A stretch of 64,000 bases of DNA from Octopus vulgaris (Eukaryota): positions 40,796,001 through 40,860,000 of the forward strand of contig OX597829.1 of the NCBI GenBank assembly GCA_951406725.2, read 5' to 3'. Positions within the stretch are counted from its first letter, which is position 1; each line of letters begins with the position of its first letter. Position numbers and translations under genes: made by a program. The notes under the pieces are model-generated. The model saw only the letters and a list, made by a program, of their open reading frames with translations, had not been told where the DNA came from and ran no database searches. This document shows positions 13,393 to 24,842 of the stretch, in pieces.

Positions 13393-13504
13393 AGATCAGA
13401 CTGAAGCCTGGTGCAACCTTCTGGCTCACCAGTCCTCAGTCAAACCATCCAACCATCCAACCATCCGGCATGGAGAGCGGTCATTAAATGATAATGATGA
13501 TGAT
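13393..13504 (+). mobile_element. RTE-A LINE 3' tail fragment
   Basis: Ends CATGGAGAGCGGTCATTAAA-(TGA)n. Confidence 0.75.
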
Positions 13505-13538
13505 GTATGTCTATATAAAGAAATTAAATTGACAAGTG

Positions 13539-13710
13539 AATAAGAAATTATCTCATGAACTCAATTAGCTTAAAGTCGTTTCTGCTGTAAGATGCAATGC
13601 ACTCATAGTTGAGAGCTTGTGTATCACCCTACAGCTTCAATTATGAGTGCATTGCATCTTATAGCAGAAACGACTGTAAGCCAATTGAGTTCATAGCGTA
13701 ATTTCTTATT
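13539..13710. repeat. Inverted repeat, arms about 78 bp, 15-nt loop
   Basis: 13539-13617 is complementary to 13633-13710. Confidence 0.9.
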
Positions 13711-13811
13711 ACTTTCTCATTTTAATTTCCTATTATTCCTCTGTACTCAACTGATGCTTTATTCTGAAGCATGTTTATACTGAGTTCTAACCCCACATTA
13801 TTAGTATCACT

Positions 13812-14070
13812 ATGGTGTTTCTTACGTGCCACCGACACGGAGGCCAGATAGCCGCTCTGGCAGCGATCATGCTCGGATGGTGCTCTTAATATCCTACTAG
13901 CACAGGATTCGGGTGCCAGTAAAGCGATGCGGTAACAATCATGCTCGAATGGTGCCTTTTAAGTGCCACTGGCACGGACGCCGGTTAGCCGCTCTGTCAA
14001 TGATCACACTCGTATGGTGCTCTTTGCATCCTGCTAGCACGGACGCCAGTCATCGAATTTGATCTTGATT
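13812..14070 (-). mobile_element. RTE-A 3'UTR internal repeat fragment
   Basis: GTGCCAC.GGCACGG / GCTCGGATGGTGC units matching 25250-25510. Confidence 0.8.
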
Positions 14071-14818
14071 TTTTATATAAAATTAAAAAATAGGAAAAAA
14101 AAAGAAGAATTTATCAAGTAGTTAGTGTGAAAAACCTCATAAGGGAAAAATCCATCAATTATTCCTCTTAAATATATCTATTTATATTAAGTGCATTACT
14201 CGCGTTCGATACAATGTGTTTTATTATGGTAGTTTTGACTTTAAGAGTCCCTCCTAGTGTGAGGCTTTTATGTATAGTAATGCCCTTAATATAAATAAAT
14301 AAATATATATATATATATGAATGTATGTATGTGTATATATTATCAATTAGTTGTCTATAAGTCAAAGAAAAAGCACACACACACACTACCAGAAGAATTA
14401 AGAAGTTATACTTTTGTTGCTGAGCAGTCTGCTCCTGGATGTAGCATATAACCAGTTTGGCTATTGACAACTCCTCAAACATTTATATATATATATATGT
14501 GGGTGTGAGTAATGTAATGACCAAGCAATTACTAGTGACAAATGCTAAACTACTATGATATTTTTTTTTCAGGATAAAGCTACATGCACACATCAGACTC
14601 ACTCTCTTATGCCGACAATAATATTATTAGCAGCAAGATAAAATCAAGATAGTTGAGGTTGTATAAATAAGCAAAAGACTGCCAAATTTGGCTGAAGGGA
14701 TTCCTAGACTCCATATTACCATCTCATCTACTATATAGCCCAGGATGTACAACATACTAGATGCGAGACCTGAATCATAGCTTCCATCACAGTATGATGG
14801 TATGTTGCTACCTATACC

Positions 14819-15016
14819 TATTTCTTTACTTACCCACAAGGGGCTAAACACAGAGAGGACAAACAAGGACAGACAAATGGATTAAGTCGATTATAATGAC
14901 CCCAGTGCGTAACTGGTACTTAATTTATCGACCCTGAAAGATGAATGGCAAAGTCGACCTTGGCGGAATTTGAACTCAGAACGTAGCATGCTAACGATTC
15001 TGCCAGCTTGCTGCCT
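14819..15016 (-). mobile_element. SINE A
   Basis: 16-bp TSD TGTTGCTACCTATACC at 14803-14818 and 15017-15032. Confidence 0.92.
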
Positions 15017-15369
15017 TGTTGCTACCTATACCAGTTTCTCCCACCAACTTTTAAGATGTGCAAATAAAGATCACTTAATTTTTCCATGCATCATTTAGAT
15101 GAGATGTGAACCTACCATTAACAACAAACACACTTACACACACACACACATATGAGTTCATGTGCATTGTACATGCTTTTCTTGAGTTCATATGCTCTTT
15201 ACAGATCTTGTTTTCCATCACATCATTTAACACCCTTTTTTATGAAAGGTTTGACAGAAACTTCTGAGTCAAAGGGCTGCACTAAGCTCTAATGTCTGAT
15301 TTGGAATGGATTCTACAGCTGGATGCCCTTCCCAATGCCATTTACTACTTCTTTTTTTTTTTTTATTCA

Positions 15370-15780
15370 GAGGAGTGGCTGTGTGGTAAGTAGCTTGCTT
15401 ACCAACCACATGGTTCCGGGTTCATTCCCACTGCATGGAACCTTGGGCAAGTGTCTTCTACTATAGCCTCGGGCCGACCAAAGCCTTGTGAGTGGATTTG
15501 GTAGACGGAAACTAAAAAAAACCCGGCGTATGTATGTATATATATATATATGCATGTGTGTATATGTATGTGTGTCTGTGTTTGTCTCCCCAACATCACT
15601 TGACAACCGATGGTGGTGTGTTTACATCCCCGTAACTTAGCGGTTCGGCAAAAGAAACCAATAGAATAAGTACTAGGCTTACAAAGAGTAAGTCCTGGGG
15701 TCAATTTGCTCGACTAAAGGCAGTGCTCCAGCATGGCCACAGTCAAATGACTGAAACAAGTAAAAGAGAGAGTAAAGAGT
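15370..15780 (+). mobile_element. SINE B
   Basis: Near full-length match to 12451-12858. Confidence 0.9.
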
Positions 15781-15940
15781 ATATTTTTCATAAATCATCA
15801 CCACTCACCTACGCTTTTTTGTCATCAATTACAAACACCAAATCTGTCATTCACAGCTCAATGAAAATAAATTCATTCTTGTATTAGAACAACTTGTGAT
15901 ACATTTGTTGACATTTGCAGAGCTTGGTTAAGCTACAATA

Positions 15941-16174
15941 AAGGCGGCGAGCTGGCAGAAACGTTAGCACACCGGCCGAAATGCTTAGCAGTATTTCGTC
16001 TGCCGCTATGTTCTGAGTTCAAATTCCGCCAAGGTCGACTTTGCCTTTCATCCTTTCGGGTTCGATAAATTAAGTACCAGTTACACACTGGGGTCGATAT
16101 AATTGACTTAATCCGTTTGTCTGTCCTTGTTTGTCCCCTCTTGTGTTTAGCCCCTTGTGGGTAGTAAAGAAATA
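15941..16174 (+). mobile_element. SINE A, full length
   Basis: Head GGCGGCGAGCTGGCAGAA, B-box GAGTTCAAATTCC; 14-bp TSD GGTTAAGCTACAAT (15926-15939, 16175-16188). Confidence 0.93.
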
Positions 16175-16609
16175 GGTTAAGCTACAATTAAATAAATGAC
16201 GTCACATGAAGCAGCATTGATTAATATGAATCTGTATGAAGTCGTAGTTGACATGTTTGAGTGTATGTTAACATGATAAGACCTTTCACTGTGGAAGCAG
16301 ATGCAGACACCTATATATAAAGATAGATAGATACAGTCTCACTATATGTCATCTTGAGTGAGTTTTATCCGTCGTGAGTGAATTTGGTGGAATGAAACCA
16401 AAAGAAGCCTGTTGTATGTATGTGTCTTAACATTTACTTGTATACAAGAGTGACCCTCATACAAGTGGTCTCATTTCTTTACAGTCTTTCATGAAAAGAT
16501 ATCTGATTATGGGGGAAATATTAAGTTTCTTGGAAACAAGTAAAAGACTGAGACTGAGATGGTAGCCAAGCCATGCAGACTTGAAGAAAATTGAAATAAA
16601 ACGTTGATG

Positions 16610-16900
16610 ATATTTCATTTTTGGATTTGGTTTGCAAGATTCTTTATATGAGTTCGTGTGTTGAAGCATATTCTGTTGTGTCTGGGGAGAATCATTTTCT
16701 TTTTGTGCCTTATTATGTAACACATTCACTGGCAAAATTTCCATGTTTTTCTTATTTTTATCGTCAAAACTATTGAAAAGGTTGCAAGACGCAACAAACA
16801 TTTTAGGACAATATAAATAAGAAAAACGTGGAAATTTTACCGGTGAGTGTGTTACATAATAAGGCACAAAAAGAAAATGACTCTCCCCAGACACAACAGT
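16610..16900. repeat. Head-to-head inverted pair of a pLTR-like repeat
   Basis: 16673-16757 is complementary to 16815-16899; monomer at 47968-48175. Confidence 0.88.
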
Positions 16901-17238
16901 ATGTTGATGATGTATTATATGAATCCTGTTGTGTGTGCATTTATGATCAGCATTTGCACAGTCTTTACCACCCAACAAATTCCATAGACAAGGTATTGGT
17001 GAAACCAAAGGTTGTAAATGAAGATGCCTGATGTACTACTCAATAAGATCCAACTGAGATTGTGTTACAAAGTGAACACATATATACAGCATAATCTATT
17101 TTCATATATGTATATATATATGAGTGTTCTGTTCCGAAATCATCTCTAGCAGACTCACATGTGGCGGCTGCTCTTGATTTGCTGCAGCAGACAGGAAAGT
17201 TAATGCTGACCTGTGACAAACAGCTACCAATATATATG

Positions 17239-17280
<42 letters not shown>

Positions 17281-17662
17281 TCTTTACTTACTTGTGTCAA
17301 TCATTTGACTGTGGCTATGCAGGAGCACTGCCTTTAGTCGAGCAAATCAACCCCAGGACTTATTCTTTGTAAGCCCAGTACTTATTCTATAGGTCTCTTG
17401 TGCTGAACCACTAAGTTACGGGGACGTAAACACACCAGCATCAGTTGTCAAGTGATGTTGGGGGGAGGGAACAAACAGACACACACATACAATATATACA
17501 ACGGGCTTCTTTCAGTTTCCACCTACCAAATCCACTCACAAGGTTTTGGTGGGCCCGAGGCTATATTAGAAGACACTTGCCCAAGGTGCCATGCAGTGGG
17601 ACTGAACTCAGAACCATGTGGTTAGTAAGCAAGCTACTTACCACACAGCCACTCCTACGCCT
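17281..17662 (-). mobile_element. SINE B
   Basis: Full-length reverse match. Confidence 0.9.
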
Positions 17663-17830
17663 ATATATATATATATATATAATAAGTGTGTGTGTGTACT
17701 AGTTATGACTATTCATACCATAACTAGTAGTGCTGCTTAGTACAGTGGCCAACTAACTACCAAACAGGAAGCTGACTGGATAGTGATAATCTACATGAAC
17801 TCATACAGCAGTAGTACTACATCTTACTCT

Positions 17831-18116
17831 TTCGGTCTCTTGCCGAACCGCTAAGTGATGGGGTCGTAAACACACTAGCATCGGTTGTCAAGCGATGGTG
17901 GGGGGACAAACACATACACACACACACACACATATATATATACATACATATATACGACAGGCTTCTTTCAGTTTCCGTCTACCAAATCCACTCACAAGGC
18001 ATTGGTAGGCCCGGGGCTATAGCAGAAGACACTTGCCCATGATGCCACACAGTGGGACTGAACCCGGAACCATGTGGTTGGTTAGCAAGCTACTTACCAC
18101 ACAGCCACTCCTGCGC
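17831..18116 (-). mobile_element. SINE B, lacking tail
   Basis: Reverse match of head and body. Confidence 0.85.
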
Positions 18117-18119
18117 AAA

Positions 18120-18252
<133 letters not shown>

Positions 18253-18309
18253 GTTGAAAAACAAATGAAAGAATGTGACATTCAATGTGTTTAGTAGGAG
18301 TTAGGTTTA

Positions 18310-18887
18310 CATTTGATAACAGCTTGACTCAGCACCATAGGACTTAATGATCCTTGGATCATGGGACACATCCATCTCGTCAGAAATCAGGAATGTGGTC
18401 ACACACACATACACTTTTTTTTTTTTTTTTTTAAAGTATTTTGCATCATCTTCAGAAATAACAGCATCATTGGTTACAGATTTCCAATGGATCAATCACT
18501 AGTTCAGTGGAATTTGTTAACACAAATTGCAAAGATTGCCTGCAACTCAAATGTCAAACATTCTTATTATAGTTTCAATCACCAAATTCTTATTTCTTTA
18601 TTGCCCACAAGGGGCTAAACATAGAGGGGACAAACAAGGACAGACAAATGGATTAAGTCGATTAGATTGACCCCAGTGTGTAACTGGTACTTAATTTATT
18701 GACCCCGAAAGGATGAAAGGCAAAGTCGACCTCGGTGGAATTTGAACTCAGAATAAATACCACTATTAACGCAGACAAAATACCACTAAGCATTTCGCCC
18801 AGCATACTAACGCTTCTGCCATATCACCGCCTTAAGGTCGATCACCAAATTCTGCTCAAATGTTATTGTGTATGCCAGAAAATACAC
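18310..18887 (+). repeat. Duplicated segment, copy 1 (paralog at 24097-24805)
   Basis: Shared TATTTTGCATCAT.TTCAGAAATAACAGCATCATTGGTTACAGATTTCCAATGGATCA and colinear flanks. Confidence 0.85.
18591..18833 (-). mobile_element. SINE A
   Basis: 13-bp TSD ATCACCAAATTCT (18578-18590, 18841-18853). Confidence 0.9.
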
Positions 18888-18961
18888 ACCTAACATCCTA
18901 TGCAAAGAGCTCAAACCATATTGGGTAGTGAATTTCTCATCCACTGGGCCAAGCTTGCATA

Positions 18962-19190
18962 CATCATCATCGTCGTTTAATGTCCACTTTCCATGCTAGC
19001 ATGGGTTGGACGTTTGACTGAGGGCTGGCGAACCAGATGTCTGCACCAGGCTTCATTCTTGATCTGGCAGAGTTTCTACAGCTGGCTGCCCTTCCTAACG
19101 CCAACCACTCCGAGAGTGTAGTGGGTGCTTTTACGTGCCACCAGCACGGGGCCAGTCAGGCGGTACTGGCAACGACCTCGCTTGAATCTT
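18962..19190 (-). mobile_element. RTE-A 3' tail
   Basis: (CAT)n-CGTTTAATGTCCACTTTCCATGCTAGCATGGG. Confidence 0.85.
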
Positions 19191-19213
19191 CCATACATAT
19201 ATACATATATATA

Positions 19214-19979
19214 TGAGGATGTACCTAAAACAAACCAGAATTTTGCAATATTATTTTATTTACTTAGTTTTACATGTTGACACTTTTTATCACCTTCAAA
19301 TATTCTCTACTTGAAGCAATTCATTGTTCCAGGAATGCTTTCCATTATTTGAAGCAGTGCTGGAACTCTTGTGAAGCGATGCCTCCATTGTTTTTTCTTC
19401 ACCTCCTCCACAAATTCTGTAGCACCAGCTTTCATCGCCAGCGATGACCTTCGAAAAAAGGTCCAGACCAACTCCCACATTCAGTTGTGACTGCTTTTGA
19501 TCTTTGAGCAAGTGAGGCACAAATTTTGCTGTGACTTATTTTATTCACAATTCCTCAGTCAAAATTCATTGGCAGAAGCTTCAAGACACACCAGACATAT
19601 CAAAAAGTTTGGCAATTGTTCAGAGATGGTCCTCCAATATCAGTTCATGAATTTTCACATTTTCATTCGTCCAGGAGATCGACAGTTGTCCTGAACGAGG
19701 TTGGTTTTTCAAGTGACTGTTGAAGCATGACAACTGTTTAGGCTACTCTTTTTTTTCCCCAGCAGAAAACAGAATTTCACAGAAGCACTCTGTTCCTTCA
19801 TTTCAGCCTTCTCAAAAATCAACGAATGGGTGAAGCACTGCAAAACAAAGACGCACTACGTGGCTGTACGACTTCACCCGATGATGCTGCTCCTGAAGTG
19901 GCTTCTCTTGGAAGAAGCCTGAACTGCAATGGTCTTGTCCCACAGAGTACATTTCCAATTACTTTTGGGCATCTCCTCA
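19214..19979 (-). mobile_element. Decayed mariner element
   Basis: Minus frame VPHLL..DQK..IAGDESWCY (mariner WVPHEL and first catalytic D motifs); imperfect TIRs TGAGGATGTACCTAAAA / TTTTGGGCATCTCCTCA; TA at left. Confidence 0.75.
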
Positions 19980-20005
19980 CATATGTAAAAGTAAATTAAA
20001 ACTAT

Positions 20006-20240
20006 ACCTATTTCTTTACTACCCACAAGGGGCTAAACACAGAGAGGACAAACAAGGACAGACAAATGGGTTAAGTCGATTATATCAACCCCAGTGCGTA
20101 ACTGGTACTTATTTAATCGACCCCGAAAGGATGAAAGGCAAAGTCGACCTCACGGAATTTGAACTCAGAACGTAGAGGTAGATGAAATACCGCTAGGTAT
20201 TTTGGCCAGCGTACTAACGTTTCTGCCAGCTTGCTGCCTT
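20006..20240 (-). mobile_element. SINE A
   Basis: 16-bp TSD AGTAAATTAAAACTAT (19990-20005, 20241-20256). Confidence 0.92.
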
Positions 20241-20439
20241 AGTAAATTAAAACTATTCCTATAAATGAAACAAAAGTATGTGTGTATATATATATATATA
20301 TATAATGTATGTGTGTATATGTACAGTAAGCAAAAGAAGAAAGAACAGACAAATGGTATCAATTTAGAGCATGGAATTTATATATCTAAACATAATTGTA
20401 GAGAATAGAATGTATCAGAAATAAGAGAGTTTTATTATA

Positions 20440-20600
20440 TGTTTCAAATGTACAGAAAACAAAAGACGAAGGCAGGCAAGGAAACAGCAAGCAGGTATAT
20501 TAATTTGACGCTCAGGAAGAAGGGAACAGTTTTTAACGTTTTGAGCATACGCTGTTCAACAGAAAGGGTTGAAAGGGGGAAAAAATCAGAGAGAAAAAGA
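20440..20600 (-). mobile_element. pLTR-like repeat, CTGTTGA hammerhead-like family
   Basis: Minus 20562-20538: CTGTTGA ACAGC GTAT GCTC AAAAC; homologous to 22725-22890. Confidence 0.55.
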
Positions 20601-20639
20601 TGTCTAGGATTCAACATGATCCCAGCTGTGTGGTTTTAA

Positions 20640-20853
20640 CCCTTTCATTACCAACCCGGCTGAAACTGGCTCTAGCTCTGAGTAAAAATGTCTTGTTTTC
20701 ATAAATTTTGAATTAAAATCTTCCACCAAACCTTTGTCACAATTTATGTTCCTATCACTAGCTTAATGATAACAAAGTTATTTTACTAAATTCTTTGTTA
20801 TATTTATTGAAAGAAACACAGAGCATCTTAAAATAAATACAGTAACAAAAGGG
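20640..20853. mobile_element. piggyBac-type MITE, third copy
   Basis: TTAA flanks, CCCTTT..AAAGGG termini, same body as 10054. Confidence 0.88.
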
Positions 20854-21006
20854 TTAAAGTACATCTTATTCTAGTACTCCAAAGTGGTATGTAGGTGTTA
20901 TATTTGTGTGAGACATGCATAAGGGCTGAAAAATACTGGAAGATATTTCTTCCAGAGTGATTACATATCAAAACTGGAGATTGGGGAAAAAAAGTATTTT
21001 TTATAT

Positions 21007-21220
21007 TATTTATTCAGCATTACATTTGTTTCGTTTGCTAATAGGAGCTACAAAATTGTACATGTAAGATACTTCCTATTAGAAATTCTTCAAAGAATCA
21101 ATAATTATTTGATTCTTTTTCTAAAGAATGTCTAATAGGAGATATCCTACATTTTTCTCCTACATATTCAATCTTGTAACTCCTATTAGCAAACGAAACA
21201 AGTGTAATGGTGAATAAATA
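21007..21220. repeat. Head-to-head inverted pair of a hammerhead-like unit
   Basis: TTGTTTCGTTTGCTAATAGGAG vs CTCCTATTAGCAAACGAAACAA; inner arms also complementary around 21100-21110. Confidence 0.85.
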
Positions 21221-21250
21221 ACACCTAAATCTTCTCTCTATTATCTGTTT

Positions 21251-21297
<47 letters not shown>

Positions 21298-21319
21298 TAC
21301 AAATGTGTGTGTATATGTA

Positions 21320-22140
21320 ACTGAAGAAAACTCCGAATGACCCATTCTTGTTTTTTTTCCTGTCCTGTTTTTGTATTGTCTAACTGTCTGGATGTTTTGT
21401 TGTCGCCTGTTGCATTCTTGTTCCATTAGCGGTGTATGTACACTTTTATATCTAAATTCTGTATGACTTCCTTATTCTTTCTTTCAGCCCCTTCACACTT
21501 ACTTCGTTCTTTCCCCTTTTCTTTTCCTCACTCCTCCTCTCTCACATTTCTTGGCCTTCCCTTCATTCTCACCTTCCCTCCTCGTTTACCTCACTCTGTC
21601 CCTTTTCTTTTTTTCTCTCTTTCTCTCCCCTCCCTAATTCTTCTATCCCTCTGCTCCTACCTCTCTCCTCTCTTTCCACGTGACCGGTATTCCGCCAAGC
21701 CTGACCTTTTTTTCTTGGTTCAACTACCATCTGTGCAACATTTATATTCCTTCCTATGACTTTCATCTCTTATATCCATGCCATAAGGTTTTACTTCCAT
21801 ACACGCCAGCTTAATTTAATTTGTCCTTAGTCAAAAGACACCTGTTGTCTGCATTTATATTTGTGTACCATTTCTCGTTTTTTTTCGTCCTTGTTTTCGT
21901 ATACATTCACTTGCTTTCTTCCAAGGAATCTAGTGCTCTTAGCTTAGATTTTCTTGGGGCTGGCCAGATTGGAGCAGTCTTGAGTATAATCAGCTGAAAC
22001 TGCTGAGAAAATCTGGAACTTGACTGAAGATAGAAAACTCTGAATGACTCATCCTTGTTTTCTCATGTCCCTTTTTTGTATTGTCTAACTTTCTGGATGT
22101 TTTGTTGTTGCCTGTTACATTCTTGTCCCATTTTTTGTTT
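21320..22140 (+). mobile_element. Non-coding element with direct terminal repeats of about 110 bp
   Basis: 21320-21427 resembles 22023-22133; pyrimidine-rich body; second, inverted copy at 42831-43340; flanked by TA/TG microsatellites. Confidence 0.7.
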
Positions 22141-22141
22141 C

Positions 22142-22177
<36 letters not shown>

Positions 22178-22683
22178 GCATGTATGTATGTGTGTGTATA
22201 TGTGTGTGTGTGTGTGTATGTATGTATGTACGTACGTATGTATGTATGTATATATACTTCCATGCACACATACATTTTCTATGTTAATACCTTAGTTCAA
22301 CGTTTATTATAACAATATAATCAGGACAATTCACTAGAATAACAAATATTGGTTTTCTGTTCTGTTCTGATGTACCATTCTTTCCATCAACTCTACATCT
22401 ACCTGTATATTACCATTTTCCTACAAAAGAAATATACATAATAATAATGTCTGGTGCCACTCCTAAAACAGAATGGTTTCTATGAATAGTTGCACAGTTC
22501 AGTTAGAATTTAGGATTTTCCAGATGAAAAAAAATATATGAATTCTATATTTCTTTATATTTTCTACAGAAGTTATCATTTTTGAAATAAAAGCATATTT
22601 AAATATTATGATAAAAGTATTTTTTAAAGTAAATTTCTTGTAAAATTATTAATATAAATCTTCATGTATGTGTATGGCAGGTG

Positions 22684-22724
<41 letters not shown>

Positions 22725-22890
22725 AGTTGAAATTTACAGAAAAACAAAATACGAAGACAGGTGTATAAACAACAAGCAGGTATATTAGTTTGACACTCGG
22801 GAAGGTGAGAAAAAGTCTTTTACATTTCGGGCGTATGCTCTTCAACAGAAAGGAAAATAAAGAAATAAACAGAGTGAGAATTAAAAAAAC
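22725..22890 (-). mobile_element. pLTR-like repeat, CTGTTGA family, between (TA)n tracts
   Basis: Minus 22848-22824: CTGTTGA AGAGC ATAC GCCC GAAAT. Confidence 0.6.
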
Positions 22891-22911
22891 TTCTACATTT
22901 AGCAGTCAATC

Positions 22912-22976
<65 letters not shown>

Positions 22977-23168
22977 CATGTGTATATATATATGTATGTG
23001 TATATATATATTTATATATATATGTGTGTGTATATATATATATATATGTGTGTGTATATATATGTATATATGTAGTTCGATTTGAAAATCCCACTAGAAT
23101 GGGAGAAAGCGCTAATATATGTTATAAGTTATATGATGTATAAAAACATAATATATCATCTCCAAACC

Positions 23169-23221
<53 letters not shown>

Positions 23222-23507
23222 AGTGTTGTGTCATAGTATAATTGGACACAATTATGTATATTGTATATATGTGTTTGTAAATACAATGTATATATGTGTT
23301 TACATATAGATAGGCATGGTACTACTCATGGTAATAAAATTGATTGAATTTGCCCAACAATAGGATGTAGCTGACTGACAGGTTTGAAGACGGGTCTTTT
23401 AGAGGCAAATTAGGCAATTTGTTTTATATGAGACGATTAACAGAATCAGATAGAGCATCCAAAGAAAGAGCCGGAACTATTTAGTTACCTTTCTCTTGTT
23501 CTTATAT

Positions 23508-23942
23508 ACTCTTTACTCTTACTCTTTAACTTGTTTCAGTCATTTGACTGTGGCCATGCTGGAGCACCGCCTTTAGTCGAGCAAATCAACCCCAGGACTT
23601 ATTCTTTGTAAGCCTAGTACTTATTCTGTAGGTCTCTTTTGCCAAACCGCTAGGTTACAGGGACGTAAACACACCGGCATCGGTTGTCAAGAGATATTGG
23701 GGGGGGGGGGGGCAGACAGATACAGACACACAAACATATACACACACATGCATATATATATATACATATGCATATATACGACGGGCTTCTTTCAGTTTCC
23801 GTCTACCAAATCCACTCACAAGGCTTTGGTTGGCCCGAGGCTATAGTAGAAGACACTTGCCCTAGGTGCCACACAGTGGGACTGAACCCAGAACCATGTG
23901 GTTCATAAGCAAGCTACTCACCACACAGCCACTCCTACACCT
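23508..23942 (-). mobile_element. SINE B
   Basis: Full-length reverse match. Confidence 0.9.
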
Positions 23943-24096
23943 ATACTGAATTCAAATCCATCTTGATGTTGACTTTGGTTTTTATCTATCTTGCACTGTG
24001 AGGAGAAGTTAAAATGAAGTGTCATTTGAGTGTGAAACAAATTATATTATAATCAAACATGGGCTTGTGCCTATGTTGAAAATTATTGGAAGTAAT

Positions 24097-24805
24097 ATTT
24101 GATAGTTGCTATGACTTAAAAATACTTGGGATCATGGGACATATCCATCTCTCTTCAGAAATCAGGAACATTCTCACACACACATTCTCTCTTTCTCTTT
24201 TCTCTTTTACTTGTTTCAAGTCATTTGACTGCGGCAATGCTGGAGCATCGCCTTTAGTCGAGCAAATCAACCCCGAGACTTATTCTTTGTAAGCCCAGTA
24301 CTTATTCTATCGGTCTCTTTTTGCCAAACCGCTAAGTGACGGGGACGTAAACACACCAGCATCGGTTGTCAAGCAATGCTAGGGGGACAAACACAGACAC
24401 ACAAACACACACACATACATATATATATACATATATACGACAGGCTTCTTTCAGTTTCCGTCTACCAAATCCACTCACAAGGCATTGGTTGGCCCGGGGC
24501 TATAGCAGAAGACACTTGCCCAAGATGCCACGCAGTGGGACTGAACCCGGAACCATATGGTTGGTTAGCAAGCTACTTACCACACAGCCACAACATACTT
24601 TTCTTTTTTCTTTTAGTATTTTGCATCATATTCAGAAATAACAGCATCATTGGTTACAGATTTCCAATGGATCACTCACTAGTTCAGTGGATTTTTGTTA
24701 ATCCGAATAGCAAAGGAGTGCCTGCAACTTAAGTGTCAAAAGTTCTTAATACAGTTTCAATCACCAAATTTTGTTCAAATTTTATTGAGTATGCCAGAGA
24801 ATACA
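24097..24805 (+). repeat. Duplicated segment, copy 2, interrupted by SINE B (24190-24590, minus)
   Basis: Colinear with 18310-18887 once the insertions are removed. Confidence 0.85.
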
Positions 24806-24842
24806 TTATTTATTGAAAATAATAAGTAATAGGCACAGTAAT

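Noticed and set aside
15941-16030. tRNA gene
   Set aside because: A/B-box heads run into SINE bodies with TSDs and I see no complete cloverleaf; the same holds for the B, D and E heads
16457-17008. 183-aa ORF sharing a peptide with ORFs at 16828 and 47482
   Set aside because: The similarity comes from copies of a non-coding repeat
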